Source: Nitrospirota bacterium
GTDB taxonomy: Bacteria; Nitrospirota; UBA9217
Assembly: GCA_963796285.1 (NCBI GenBank)
Contig: CAWCKW010000012.1
Coordinates: 896,001 to 960,000 of the forward strand
Length of the DNA stretch: 64,000 nucleotides
Direction of reading: 5' to 3'
The notes under the pieces were generated by a model, which was not told the origin of the DNA, made no database searches, and saw only the letters and a program-made list of their open reading frames with translations. Of the stretch, positions 20,432 through 29,532 are shown piece after piece. The number at the start of each line of letters is the position of its first letter. Within the stretch, counting starts at the first letter, position 1. The position numbers and the translations under genes were made by a program.

Positions 20432-20800
20432 CACATTCAGCTCTGAAATGCAACAAATGAGCGAGCGACTTTCAACGGTGTTGTGAAGTCCAGACACTTA
20501 CTGGGTCTGTTGTTGATAAGCTTCTCGATTTTCTTTATTAGCTCTTTGTCAATCTGACTGAAATCAGTGCCATTGGAAAGTAGCTTTCGAATGAGGCCGT
20601 TTATCCGCTCATTCGATCCTCGTTGCCACGCTGCAAAGGGATGGGCAAAGTAGCACGGAAAAAGCCTTTGCCTTCCAACGCATTGATGCTATGAGCTAAC
20701 GCTCTGTTTCGTTAGGATGAACATAGCTTTTTGTCATAGACACTTAGAATAGCAGATTCCTTCCTGCATACCCAAATGTTGCACTTCACAATTGAATTTG
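20432..20800 (-). mobile_element. Internally deleted IS30-family element (about 370 bp) retaining both terminal inverted repeats
   Basis: 24-bp IRs match at 19/24 (CACATTCAGCTCTGAAATGCAACA vs rc CAAATTCAATTGTGAAGTGCAACA); minus-strand remnants MTKSYVHPNETER* and YFAHPFAAWQRGSNERINGLIR...NNRPSKCLDFTTP. Confidence 0.85.
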
Positions 20801-20802
20801 CG

Positions 20803-20967
20803 TTACTTATGTGCTATCTCTTCATCATCACCGCCTTTTATCGCCTTTTTAAAGGACTGGATGCTTTTACCCAGCCCTTCGCCGAGTTGCGGCAGACGGT
20901 TTGCGCCAAAGATTACAACCACTATGACCAAAATAACCATCAATTCCGGCAGTCCTAATCCAAACAT
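20803..20967 (-). CDS. tatA: Second TatA (54 aa; not in the ORF track)
   Basis: [41 protein letters not shown]; AAGGAG RBS. Confidence 0.92.
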   Translation of the reverse strand: MFGLGLPELMVILVIVVVIFGANRLPQLGEGLGKSIQSFKKAIKGGDDEEIAHK

Positions 20968-21035
20968 GTTTCCTCCTTAAATATGCAGGGTTTTAATGTA
21001 ATGCTATCGATCAGACTTTCATTATTTCTGTAGCA

Positions 21036-21371
21036 TCAGACTTTTTCCTCCTTCCAAAGAAGCGTACGCCAAGACTGCACGTGCTCATTCTCCGCTTGTT
21101 CATATTCCGCCACGCCTTTCGGTACAACGGTCTGTTCATGTCCAACGGCGGTGATCTCCTGGCCGATCGTCTTGAGTTCCTCAACTTGAGCGGTCTTTTC
21201 CACTTCCTTCATTTCTTCCTTTACGGAATCCTGAAACTCCTGCGAAGCCTTCTTGAACTCTGCTATGGCCCGACCGACGGACCTTCCCAGAGCCGGCAAG
21301 CGCTTGGGGCCAAACACAACTAGCGCTATCACAAAAATAACCATCAATTCCGGAATTCCGAAACCAAACAT
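21036..21371 (-). CDS. tatB: TatA/TatB family subunit
   Basis: MFGFGIPELMVIFVIALVVFGPKRLPALGRSVGRAIAEFKKA. Confidence 0.85.
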   Translation of the reverse strand: MFGFGIPELMVIFVIALVVFGPKRLPALGRSVGRAIAEFKKASQEFQDSVKEEMKEVEKTAQVEELKTIGQEITAVGHEQTVVPKGVAEYEQAENEHVQSWRTLLWKEEKV

Positions 21372-21735
21372 GATTTTCTCCAGTTTTTTCCGTTGGGCTT
21401 AGTACCATAAAAGATGGGCGAGCAGCGTTTTCCCCGCCTGTCTGCTCTATCACTACTTCCATTTGCGAATGCATTCCATGGAAAACGTTTTGCACTGTTC
21501 TCCCACACTCTTTGCGAGAGGGTAGAAAATCCTGTTTATCGCGGTGGAAACGCACCACACCGCCTGCTGAATAATGCAATCTCCTGGCCAGACTGCCAAG
21601 CTCATCGCCAGTCCCAAGAGTTAACGGCAGAACGTCGGAAACTCGCCGCGCATAGTCCATCCTACGGCATGTCACGGGACTCATAATAAATCGCTTTAAG
21701 GACAGGTGAGTGGTCCGTCATGGCGAATGTCACCT

Positions 21736-22275
21736 CTACATTCCCTCCCTGAGCACCCATTGGTTCGTTCGCGGCCGCACCCAATAAGCGCTCTCCCCTG
21801 CATCTTTACCGTCTCCGGGAGAAAAGGCACCGGTGAATGTGAGCTTATACCTGAACCGCACATTCACGTCACCCTCATGGTTTCTGTACAGGTGATGAGC
21901 CGCGGGCGATAGGGTGATGATCTCCTTTGCCTTCCATTTCCCTGCGCCGACCATGGCGAGCCCGCCGCTGTGCGCCGGTCCGCCGGCCATGCGGCGATCG
22001 AGTTCAATCCATTGACCGAGTATCTCGCTCTGCGCGGAAAAACTCGCCTCATATCCTTCCAATTCCAAGGCCCCGCCGGACCTGTTTCCTATGGCAGTTT
22101 CTACAAGATACTCGTCGTTGTTCAGATAAGTGATGTTCACAACTTCTACGGTGAGGTGGTCCGGTATCATATCTCCTGCAAAGCCGGCGCCGGTAAGGGA
22201 ACACAGAGCAACGAAGATACAGATATGGGCTGTTTTTTTTATGCCGGCGTTTAACATGCCTTGAGCAACGATCAA
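21736..22275 (-). CDS. Hypothetical exported protein
   Basis: Signal-like N-terminus; translationally coupled within the operon. Confidence 0.7.
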   Translation of the reverse strand: MIVAQGMLNAGIKKTAHICIFVALCSLTGAGFAGDMIPDHLTVEVVNITYLNNDEYLVETAIGNRSGGALELEGYEASFSAQSEILGQWIELDRRMAGGPAHSGGLAMVGAGKWKAKEIITLSPAAHHLYRNHEGDVNVRFRYKLTFTGAFSPGDGKDAGESAYWVRPRTNQWVLREGM

Positions 22276-22685
22276 CGGGCTACGTGAACAGTAAAAACTG
22301 CCGAATCATCTTTTTCGCCCTCACGCAACTTGAGGTACACATCCCAGTCTCCCGGCATGGTGAAGTTTATTCCTTCTACACGATACTGCCCTTTTCCGAG
22401 GTATGTTACCACCGCAATATCGCTCGAGCCGTGCTCCATGGCCGTCATCCAGGGTATCACATCCATGTCCAGCTTTCTTTCAATGGGCTTCATGGATTTT
22501 ATGTCGTTTATTTTGACGGTCATGTTGTTTTTGCCTACCGTTACCGGATTTGCGGCGCACTGCACATCGATCGAGTAGAATCCCTGTTCGCTATTGATTC
22601 CTTTCTGCTCGAAGGCCATCAGAAATAAACTCACGACCAGGATGGAGAAAAATCCTGTCCACCGGATCATCGCATCTCTACGCAT
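22272..22685 (-). CDS. YtkA/FixH-like exported protein
   Basis: PWMTAMEHG...GQY...FTMPGDW motif. Confidence 0.8.
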   Translation of the reverse strand: MRRDAMIRWTGFFSILVVSLFLMAFEQKGINSEQGFYSIDVQCAANPVTVGKNNMTVKINDIKSMKPIERKLDMDVIPWMTAMEHGSSDIAVVTYLGKGQYRVEGINFTMPGDWDVYLKLREGEKDDSAVFTVHVAR

Positions 22686-22703
22686 TGTTTTTTCCTCCTT
22701 CGC

Positions 22704-23330
22704 CTAATGGGGCGGCATCGGTATCATAACTGGTATCTTATTATCAGGAAATTTCACCTGCCGGGCAATTTCCCGGTCAGGCATGTAATAGGGCTTCAGA
22801 TACATATAGGCATCGGAATACCGGTCAACGACCTCTTCTTCCTTGAAGGCGCTTTCCGGCAGCACGAACAGGGAAAGACGGACACGGACGTGCATGTAAC
22901 CAAACATCTGATAATAGCTGTATTTTATAGAGCGGCTGATCGTGATAATCTTCCGGTAACGATGGACTCCCGGTTCGATTCGGATGACCTGCTCCTCCGC
23001 TTTTCGTTCGCCCTCGCTTACCGGGACTTCCGTCCAGGACATACCGGTCTGAACGTACGCAACCGCTTGCGGATAGGATATATATACAGGCTCATCTGCC
23101 AGGTTTTCTATCTTGATAACAATCTCGTATTGCCCCGGCTTTCCCTTGATGATCCGTGCGTCCTCGACGTCGGGCATGATCTGATAGAAGGCCCGTTTTT
23201 GCAGCCGCTCCTTTTTTGCCTCCTTTTCCCTGATGATGGCGGTCTCTTTCAGCCCGACCAGGTAATCAGCGGCAACGAAGAGGAGGACAACCCCGATAAG
23301 AGAGGCGACCAGTTTTCTTTTCCTGAGCAT
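22704..23330 (-). CDS. Single-TM periplasmic ABC-accessory protein, paralog A
   Basis: N-terminal TM; YMHVR; ends in IPMPPH; similar to 23384-24058. Confidence 0.75.
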   Translation of the reverse strand: MLRKRKLVASLIGVVLLFVAADYLVGLKETAIIREKEAKKERLQKRAFYQIMPDVEDARIIKGKPGQYEIVIKIENLADEPVYISYPQAVAYVQTGMSWTEVPVSEGERKAEEQVIRIEPGVHRYRKIITISRSIKYSYYQMFGYMHVRVRLSLFVLPESAFKEEEVVDRYSDAYMYLKPYYMPDREIARQVKFPDNKIPVMIPMPPH

Positions 23331-23383
23331 TTCTGTAATCTCCCCCGTCTCAATCTCCAGAACGAGCGCAGCCCGGACGTCAA

Positions 23384-24058
23384 CTAGTTCCAGTTCCTGA
23401 ACGACGATATGGGCATATAAACCGGGATCTTCGTGTCACCGAAATCTATCGCCTTAGCGATTTCCCTTTGGCTGATCCAGTAGGGTTTAAGGTAAATGTA
23501 GATATCGCTCTTCCTTTCCACGACTTCTCCCTCCTTAAAACCGCTTTCCGGAAGGACATCCATGGTTATATAGAACCGCACATGCATGTACTTCGGGATC
23601 AGGTATTTGTTGTAGGGTAAACGCTGGGAGACCGTAAGTATTTTTCTGAAAAGCAGGTGGCCTTCTGCGATCTTGTATACCTGTTCCTGTTTCTCACCGG
23701 TCTTTTCCGCCACGGGCACTTCTGTCCACGAGATGGTTCCGGTCTGAATGTAGGCCTTCACTGATGGGTGCGTCAAGTAGGCCGGCTCTTCACCGACGTT
23801 GTCTATCCGTACGAGCAGCTCATAACGTCCCGTGCGGGTGATGCCGGCCGTTTCGGTGATATCACGAACATCGACGGAAAGCATGCGAAACGCCTGCACC
23901 TCGAGGCGTTTAATCGCTGCTTCTTTCTCCCTGATAATACTTTCCTGCCAGCGCCCGACAACCATGTCAGCAAGCAGAAGGACGACAATTATTGCCGCGA
24001 CCGAAACGGCTATTTTCCTGCTTTTCAGTGCGGCGAGTATCGCAGTTCTGTTTTTCAT
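23384..24058 (-). CDS. Single-TM periplasmic ABC-accessory protein, paralog B
   Basis: Shares IIREKEA, AYIQTG..WTEVPV, YMHVR and YLKPY with paralog A. Confidence 0.75.
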   Translation of the reverse strand: MKNRTAILAALKSRKIAVSVAAIIVVLLLADMVVGRWQESIIREKEAAIKRLEVQAFRMLSVDVRDITETAGITRTGRYELLVRIDNVGEEPAYLTHPSVKAYIQTGTISWTEVPVAEKTGEKQEQVYKIAEGHLLFRKILTVSQRLPYNKYLIPKYMHVRFYITMDVLPESGFKEGEVVERKSDIYIYLKPYWISQREIAKAIDFGDTKIPVYMPISSFRNWN

Positions 24059-24087
24059 GCCTGCACCCTTTCATATCGGCGCCGGCC

Positions 24088-24831
24088 TTATGTCGGACAG
24101 ACCGGGCACAAGGAGGGCTCATCCTTTAGCAGCACGCCGTCCTTCATTTGAATGATACGGTCGGAGCTATTGGCTATCTCAAGGTCATGAGTGGAAAATA
24201 CTATGGTTATCCCCCGTTCGCGGCAAAGTCGTTTAAAGGTCTCGATAACGAACAGCCGGTTATCCCGGTCGAGATTGGCGGTCGGTTCGTCGGCAAGGAT
24301 GACTGCCGGACTGGTTATCAGCGCACGGGCAATGGCCACGCGCTGGATTTCTCCGCCGCTTAGCTGGCTCGGCATATGGTAAAGCCGGTGCCCCAGCCCC
24401 AAGGATTTGATGATCTCTATTCCGGTGTCCTTTATGTTCCCGTTGCTGTGCTTCGGTTTGAAAAAGCTGAAGGGGAGCAGGGTGTTTTCGAGCACGTTCA
24501 GCATACGCAGCGGTTTTGCGTCCTGAAATATAAAGCTGAACTTCTCTCTGCGGAACTGGACCAGTTTCTCTTCCGACAAACTGTCGATCCTGACCCCCTC
24601 CAGCAGTACCTCCCCCTGGGACGGTTTATCAAGAGCACCGATGATATTGAGAAGGGTGGTCTTGCCGGACCCGCTCGGTCCCACGAGTGCGACCAGCGTG
24701 CCCCTTCCGATACTGAGAGAAATGCCGTCGAGTGCCTTTACCTCCCCCGACGCCAGTCTGAATGCCTTGCTGACATCCCGAAGTTCCAGGAATGTTTCCC
24801 CTTCGTTGTTGTCCAAAATCACACCTCCCAC
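24088..24831 (-). CDS. ABC ATPase (LolD/MacB type) with C-terminal CPVC
   Basis: GPSGSGKT, LSGGE, LADEPT. Confidence 0.93.
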   Translation of the reverse strand: MGGVILDNNEGETFLELRDVSKAFRLASGEVKALDGISLSIGRGTLVALVGPSGSGKTTLLNIIGALDKPSQGEVLLEGVRIDSLSEEKLVQFRREKFSFIFQDAKPLRMLNVLENTLLPFSFFKPKHSNGNIKDTGIEIIKSLGLGHRLYHMPSQLSGGEIQRVAIARALITSPAVILADEPTANLDRDNRLFVIETFKRLCRERGITIVFSTHDLEIANSSDRIIQMKDGVLLKDEPSLCPVCPT

Positions 24832-26009
24832 TGGGATCTGAAGCTGTCGGATATTTTTATCCCCGACAGCTTGTAGGTCGGGTAAAAACCGGCCACCAAA
24901 CTGCAGAGAATACCGGAAGCGACAGCAGCAAAAAACACCGTGAGGCTAAACCGGACGCCTGCGCCAAGGTTCAGAACAAAGGAATCGAGGACGTAGGTCA
25001 TGAACATGCCGATCGGATAACCCACGATACCGGCCGCAAGGCCCATCGCGGAGTACTCGCCGAGAAGAACGAGAAGCAGCTGCGACCGCGATGCGCCCAC
25101 GGTCTTCAGCAGGCCAATCTCCCTGATGCGGGAATAGAGAACACTCGTAACGATATTGAAGATAGCGAATATGCTGATGAACACCGTTGCGGCTACGATG
25201 GAAAGAAGAAATTTGAAGGTTTTCTTGAGAAAGATATACTTCATCGTGCTGAACTGCTGGGGTACGAGGGTCTTGACATCAGGAATGGTGCTGTTCAATT
25301 CAGTGACAACATCGCGCAGGAGGTCCCGGTCCCGGTCAAGGGAAACATTCTGCACATTTACGAGCGACACGAAACCTTTTTTATCGGAAAGGGCCTGGAG
25401 AACCCTGAATGGGACAAAAACCATATAATCGTCGGAGACGTTATAATTTTCAAGGATACCCGCAACCGTAAAGGCCCTGCCGTCCACCGAGATTACCGCA
25501 TTCTCCGAGAGATTGTTCGCGCGGGCAAAAGTCCCGCCTATCACAGCCTCCCCTTCTCCCGTCGGCCATTGCCCGCTCGCCAGACTCCAGGACGGTTTGG
25601 CCGCCCGTTCGGATTGAAAATCGATACCGGCGACGACCGTACTGACGGAAGACTTCCGGATCACGGCATCCGTCCGCTGGTATATACGCGGCGCGATGAT
25701 AATCGCTTCTTGCTTGTTCCCTGTCCTTCTCCTGACAATCCCCTCAATTGACTCAATGACGGTCTCCGGCAGGAACTCATCAATCACCACACCGATCTGA
25801 TCGATCCGTTCGACCTTGATGTTCTTCGGCTGCACAGTCATGGTAAAGCCGAATTTCAAGGCGAGGGTTGCGAGGGACCTGTCCGCGTTGTCGACCGTCA
25901 GCAGGATCGTACTGAGAATAACCACAGGAATAAGCATGGCGGTCAGCAGATATACGCTTTTCCCCTTTCTCCGCGTTATGTCTTTAGTCGCGAGCGACAA
26001 TAAGTTCAC
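24819..26009 (-). CDS. MacB/FtsX-type ABC permease
   Basis: 4-TM topology; RIREIGLLKTVGAS. Confidence 0.9.
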   Translation of the reverse strand: MNLLSLATKDITRRKGKSVYLLTAMLIPVVILSTILLTVDNADRSLATLALKFGFTMTVQPKNIKVERIDQIGVVIDEFLPETVIESIEGIVRRRTGNKQEAIIIAPRIYQRTDAVIRKSSVSTVVAGIDFQSERAAKPSWSLASGQWPTGEGEAVIGGTFARANNLSENAVISVDGRAFTVAGILENYNVSDDYMVFVPFRVLQALSDKKGFVSLVNVQNVSLDRDRDLLRDVVTELNSTIPDVKTLVPQQFSTMKYIFLKKTFKFLLSIVAATVFISIFAIFNIVTSVLYSRIREIGLLKTVGASRSQLLLVLLGEYSAMGLAAGIVGYPIGMFMTYVLDSFVLNLGAGVRFSLTVFFAAVASGILCSLVAGFYPTYKLSGIKISDSFRSQWEV

Positions 26010-27467
26010 CTAAACCTCCCACTCGGTTCGAAACGTTTCCGTGATTTTTATGCCCGACAGTTTATATGCCGGGTAATAAATGGCGAGGAGGCTGCAAATA
26101 ATGCCGAGAGTCAGTGCGTGCCATAGCACGCCAACCTCGACCCGGACGACAGCTCCAATACCGAGGAACGTATTCATGATATGCGCCATGCCGACACCCG
26201 CCGCAAATCCGCCGAGCCCCGCAATGATCCCGATTATAAGATGTTCGTACAGAAATATCCTGAGAAGCTGAAAACGCGATGCGCCGACCGCCTTGAGCAG
26301 GCCGACCTCCCGCGCCCGCGCGTACAGAGAGCCGGCGACAATGTTGAAGATCGAAAAGATACCCACAGCGATGGTGGCAACCACGACTGCCAACAGGAAG
26401 CGATACAGCATATTAAAAAAGTCGTACTGCAAGCCAGCGACGTCGAGCTGGGAGACCGCGGTAATGCCAGTGATGTTCTTGTTCAGCTCCACCATGGCGT
26501 CTCCAACGGGGCAGTTAGGGCACATGGCCCTGACGCTCAGCAGCGATATAAATCCTTCCTTGTGAAACATTTTCTGGGCCGTCAGCAACGGAATGAAGAC
26601 CATATAATCATCGGCGGAGTTCGTTTCCTCCAGGACGCCCATGACCTTGAATTGCCGCGATGCAACCGTCATGGTATCTCCGACTTTCAGTCCCCTGGCG
26701 GCAGCATACCCCCCCCCGAGATAGGCATCGTTTCTGGTCTCATCGGCAGCTCCATGCCCATAGGCAAAATGGCGCAGCTTATCGTCTGATGACCCGGCAG
26801 CGTTGCCATGTTGGCCGTCATCGTATACGGTCTTCCCCTGTTCATCAAGCCGGTATTTCGGCTTCTTCACGGTTACCTGTCCGTCGCGCCCCATGACATA
26901 CATGGCATCGATCTTCGTATCGACATTCTTAACATCCACATCTTGCGGCCACTCGCCGCTGGACAAGGTCCACCAGAAACGGACGAAATATTCCTTGCTG
27001 ATATCGATTCCCGTAACGATAGCCTCATGACCGTCCACCACCGCCTTCACGTAGAGCCGGGGCGCCCAGGTCGGCGGTTCGATGCTCGTGTCTGGGATTC
27101 CCGGGTTGCTTACCAGCCCGCCTTTCCGTTGCCATCCCTCCCTAATTGCCTTGTCATATGTCTTTGAAATCTCCTGCACCGCCGACTCGGGTATATATTT
27201 ACCGAAAACCACCTCCGAAATGGTGAGGTTCTGCAGTGCACTCTTGTCCACCTCGTCGATAGCGGCGGTTATGACGGGACGAACGGTCAGCGTATGACCT
27301 GTCTTTGTGATCACTTCCAGAATGTTTGACGTCGCCGAAGTGCTTACGATCGAAAGCGAAGACAGGAGCGCAACGGATATGACGATCGCAAAGACGATCA
27401 GCCCGCTCTTTTTCGGCCTTCGCATCAGGTCAAGTAGCGCAAATTTCAGGATGGTCATGGCTTGCAA
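26010..27467 (-). CDS. MacB/FtsX-type ABC permease with periplasmic CPNCP motif
   Basis: RAREVGLLKAVGAS; AMCPNCP; His-containing insertion. Confidence 0.9.
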   Translation of the reverse strand: MQAMTILKFALLDLMRRPKKSGLIVFAIVISVALLSSLSIVSTSATSNILEVITKTGHTLTVRPVITAAIDEVDKSALQNLTISEVVFGKYIPESAVQEISKTYDKAIREGWQRKGGLVSNPGIPDTSIEPPTWAPRLYVKAVVDGHEAIVTGIDISKEYFVRFWWTLSSGEWPQDVDVKNVDTKIDAMYVMGRDGQVTVKKPKYRLDEQGKTVYDDGQHGNAAGSSDDKLRHFAYGHGAADETRNDAYLGGGYAAARGLKVGDTMTVASRQFKVMGVLEETNSADDYMVFIPLLTAQKMFHKEGFISLLSVRAMCPNCPVGDAMVELNKNITGITAVSQLDVAGLQYDFFNMLYRFLLAVVVATIAVGIFSIFNIVAGSLYARAREVGLLKAVGASRFQLLRIFLYEHLIIGIIAGLGGFAAGVGMAHIMNTFLGIGAVVRVEVGVLWHALTLGIICSLLAIYYPAYKLSGIKITETFRTEWEV

Positions 27468-28186
27468 ATCTTTCCCATCAAGGCTTCAACGGGATCTGCT
27501 ACATCCCGATACAAGAACCCGTCCTTCATGACGACAACAGTCTTAGCAGATTCGAGCCAGGTGAGGCTGTGGCTCACAACGATTATGGTTTTTTTGTATT
27601 GCGTGTTGATCATCCGGAAGATGTCAATGACCTCCTGCTCCGTTCTGATATCGAGTTCGCCGGTCGGCTCGTCGGCAAGGATAATATCGGGGTCGTTTAT
27701 GAGCGCACGCGCAATGGCCACCCGCCGCTGTTCCCCCCCCGACAGTTCCGAAGGATATGACTCGATCTTTTTCTTCATGTCGAGGCCCTCGAGGATGGAT
27801 ATCGCACGATCTCGGACGACATCCGTATCGCGGTCCCCGTTCTTGTTGAATATCACAGGCATAACGACATTGTTGAGGACGTTCAGCGTCGACAGCAGGC
27901 TGAAGGACTGGAATACAAAACCGATCTTGCGGTTCCTCAGGATGGAAAGTTCCCGGTCGTTGAGTTTCCAGATGTCAACGCCATCGATTGATACGGTCCC
28001 CTCGGTTGGTTTCGTAAGCCCACCGATGGTGCTGATGAGCGTGGTCTTACCTGATCCCGAATGGCCCATAAAGACCACGAAATCAGACGAAGGAATGTCG
28101 AGATCGATGCCCTTCAGGGCCTCAACGCGCTGATCGCCCAGATTATAGATCTTCTTTAGAGCACGAGTCCGAATGAAGTCTGCCAT
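27455..28186 (-). CDS. ABC ATPase (LolD/MacB type)
   Basis: GHSGSGKT, LSGGE, LADEPTG. Confidence 0.93.
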   Translation of the reverse strand: MADFIRTRALKKIYNLGDQRVEALKGIDLDIPSSDFVVFMGHSGSGKTTLISTIGGLTKPTEGTVSIDGVDIWKLNDRELSILRNRKIGFVFQSFSLLSTLNVLNNVVMPVIFNKNGDRDTDVVRDRAISILEGLDMKKKIESYPSELSGGEQRRVAIARALINDPDIILADEPTGELDIRTEQEVIDIFRMINTQYKKTIIVVSHSLTWLESAKTVVVMKDGFLYRDVADPVEALMGKICKP

Positions 28187-28187
28187 G

Positions 28188-29402
28188 TCATAACCCCTGC
28201 TTCATAGTTTCGTGAGGATCTATCCTCACGGCGAGGATGGCCGGATACATCGACCCGCTTACCCCCATGATAAGAGCCACCCCGATCGCTCCCACCATCA
28301 TTGATGCGATCATTTCGAAGGGCGGCAGCATAAACGGTATGTTGAGCAGGTTCAGGTAAAAGATAATCGACCGTTGGAACAGTTTCAGGAGAACTCCCCC
28401 GATGACCATGCCCATAAAGCCGCTGATGATGCTGATCAGGGTCGACTCATAAAGAATGAGCATGAATATATTGGCTTTCGTAGCCCCGATAGCCCTGATA
28501 ATGCCGATTTCTCTTTTGCGTTCATTCACAACAGCGGAGAATATGGCATTAATCATAAGGACATTGGAAAGAATGAGGACAACGATGAGCACGATGATGC
28601 CAAAAAATACGGCGACCGTCGTCTGACGAGCCGAGGTCGCGATATTTCCCGTGGTCACCACCTTCAGACTGGGATTATCCTTCAGGATCGAAAATGTGAT
28701 GAACGGGATCTTTGCCCCTACGTCGAGTTGGACCAATCCGCCGGATATCCTGTTTCTCAGCGGCGCAAGAGGCTTCACCAAGGAATCGCTCTGCGACTTC
28801 TCGGACATTTCATAGGCCCGGTCGATATTGAAAAAAACGGCGTTATCGTACAATCCGATCCCGGTCCGTTCGAGCTTGGCCCATACTTTCAAACGAACAC
28901 CGTAGAATTTAAGGCCGTCCTCCAGATTCCAGGGCGTCATTGCGCCGACAATCGCTCCATCGGGCGGGAACGGTTCCTTTGCGCTCTTGTCCACCCACGG
29001 CATCACGGTGAAATCATCTTTGGGATTGAAACCAATGAGAAATGAATTTCCCATGACGCAGCAATCTCCCGTTGCACTGGTCAGAAAAATCTGTCCCGAT
29101 ACCTTCTTAACGCCCTTCAGCACCCGTATCTTGTCGAGCACTGCGCTGTCCATATAAAAGGCGGAAGGCTCTCCCGTCAGGAGCGCCGACTTGAGATTTA
29201 CCAGGGATTCCTTGGGAATTACGAGCAGGTCAGCCCCGAGTTTCGAGAGGCCCTGGTTAAGAGTGTGGTTGATCCCCATAATCAGGATAGAACTTGCAAA
29301 GAACGCCCCGATGACAATGCTAACGCTGACCAGAATGATGTAGAAACGCAGATGTTTCACCTGTAGATTCTGATAAGCAAGTCCAAAGAGAGACCTGATC
29401 AT
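28188..29402 (-). CDS. MacB/FtsX-type ABC permease with periplasmic CC motif
   Basis: GADLLV, GDCCV and ERKREIGIIRAIGA. Confidence 0.9.
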   Translation of the reverse strand: MIRSLFGLAYQNLQVKHLRFYIILVSVSIVIGAFFASSILIMGINHTLNQGLSKLGADLLVIPKESLVNLKSALLTGEPSAFYMDSAVLDKIRVLKGVKKVSGQIFLTSATGDCCVMGNSFLIGFNPKDDFTVMPWVDKSAKEPFPPDGAIVGAMTPWNLEDGLKFYGVRLKVWAKLERTGIGLYDNAVFFNIDRAYEMSEKSQSDSLVKPLAPLRNRISGGLVQLDVGAKIPFITFSILKDNPSLKVVTTGNIATSARQTTVAVFFGIIVLIVVLILSNVLMINAIFSAVVNERKREIGIIRAIGATKANIFMLILYESTLISIISGFMGMVIGGVLLKLFQRSIIFYLNLLNIPFMLPPFEMIASMMVGAIGVALIMGVSGSMYPAILAVRIDPHETMKQGL

Positions 29403-29457
29403 GTTTAATCTCCCATGGTCGCGGGATATATGGTCGCGCCATCGTGCATCGGGCCTT

Positions 29458-29496
29458 AAACCCCTTGATGGGGAGCTAGTCTTCCATCAAGGGGTT
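29458..29496 (-). terminator. 14-bp hairpin between tcdh and the ABC genes (leaky terminator or mRNA stabiliser)
   Basis: AAACCCCTTGATGG...CCATCAAGGGGTTT. Confidence 0.7.
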
Positions 29497-29532
29497 TTCG
29501 ACATTCCGCGCGGGTCGCCCGCGAATAGTTTG

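Noticed and set aside
21181-21684. 167-aa minus-strand ORF upstream of tatB
   Set aside because: It overlaps tatB out of frame and has no recognisable motif; at most a decayed gene.
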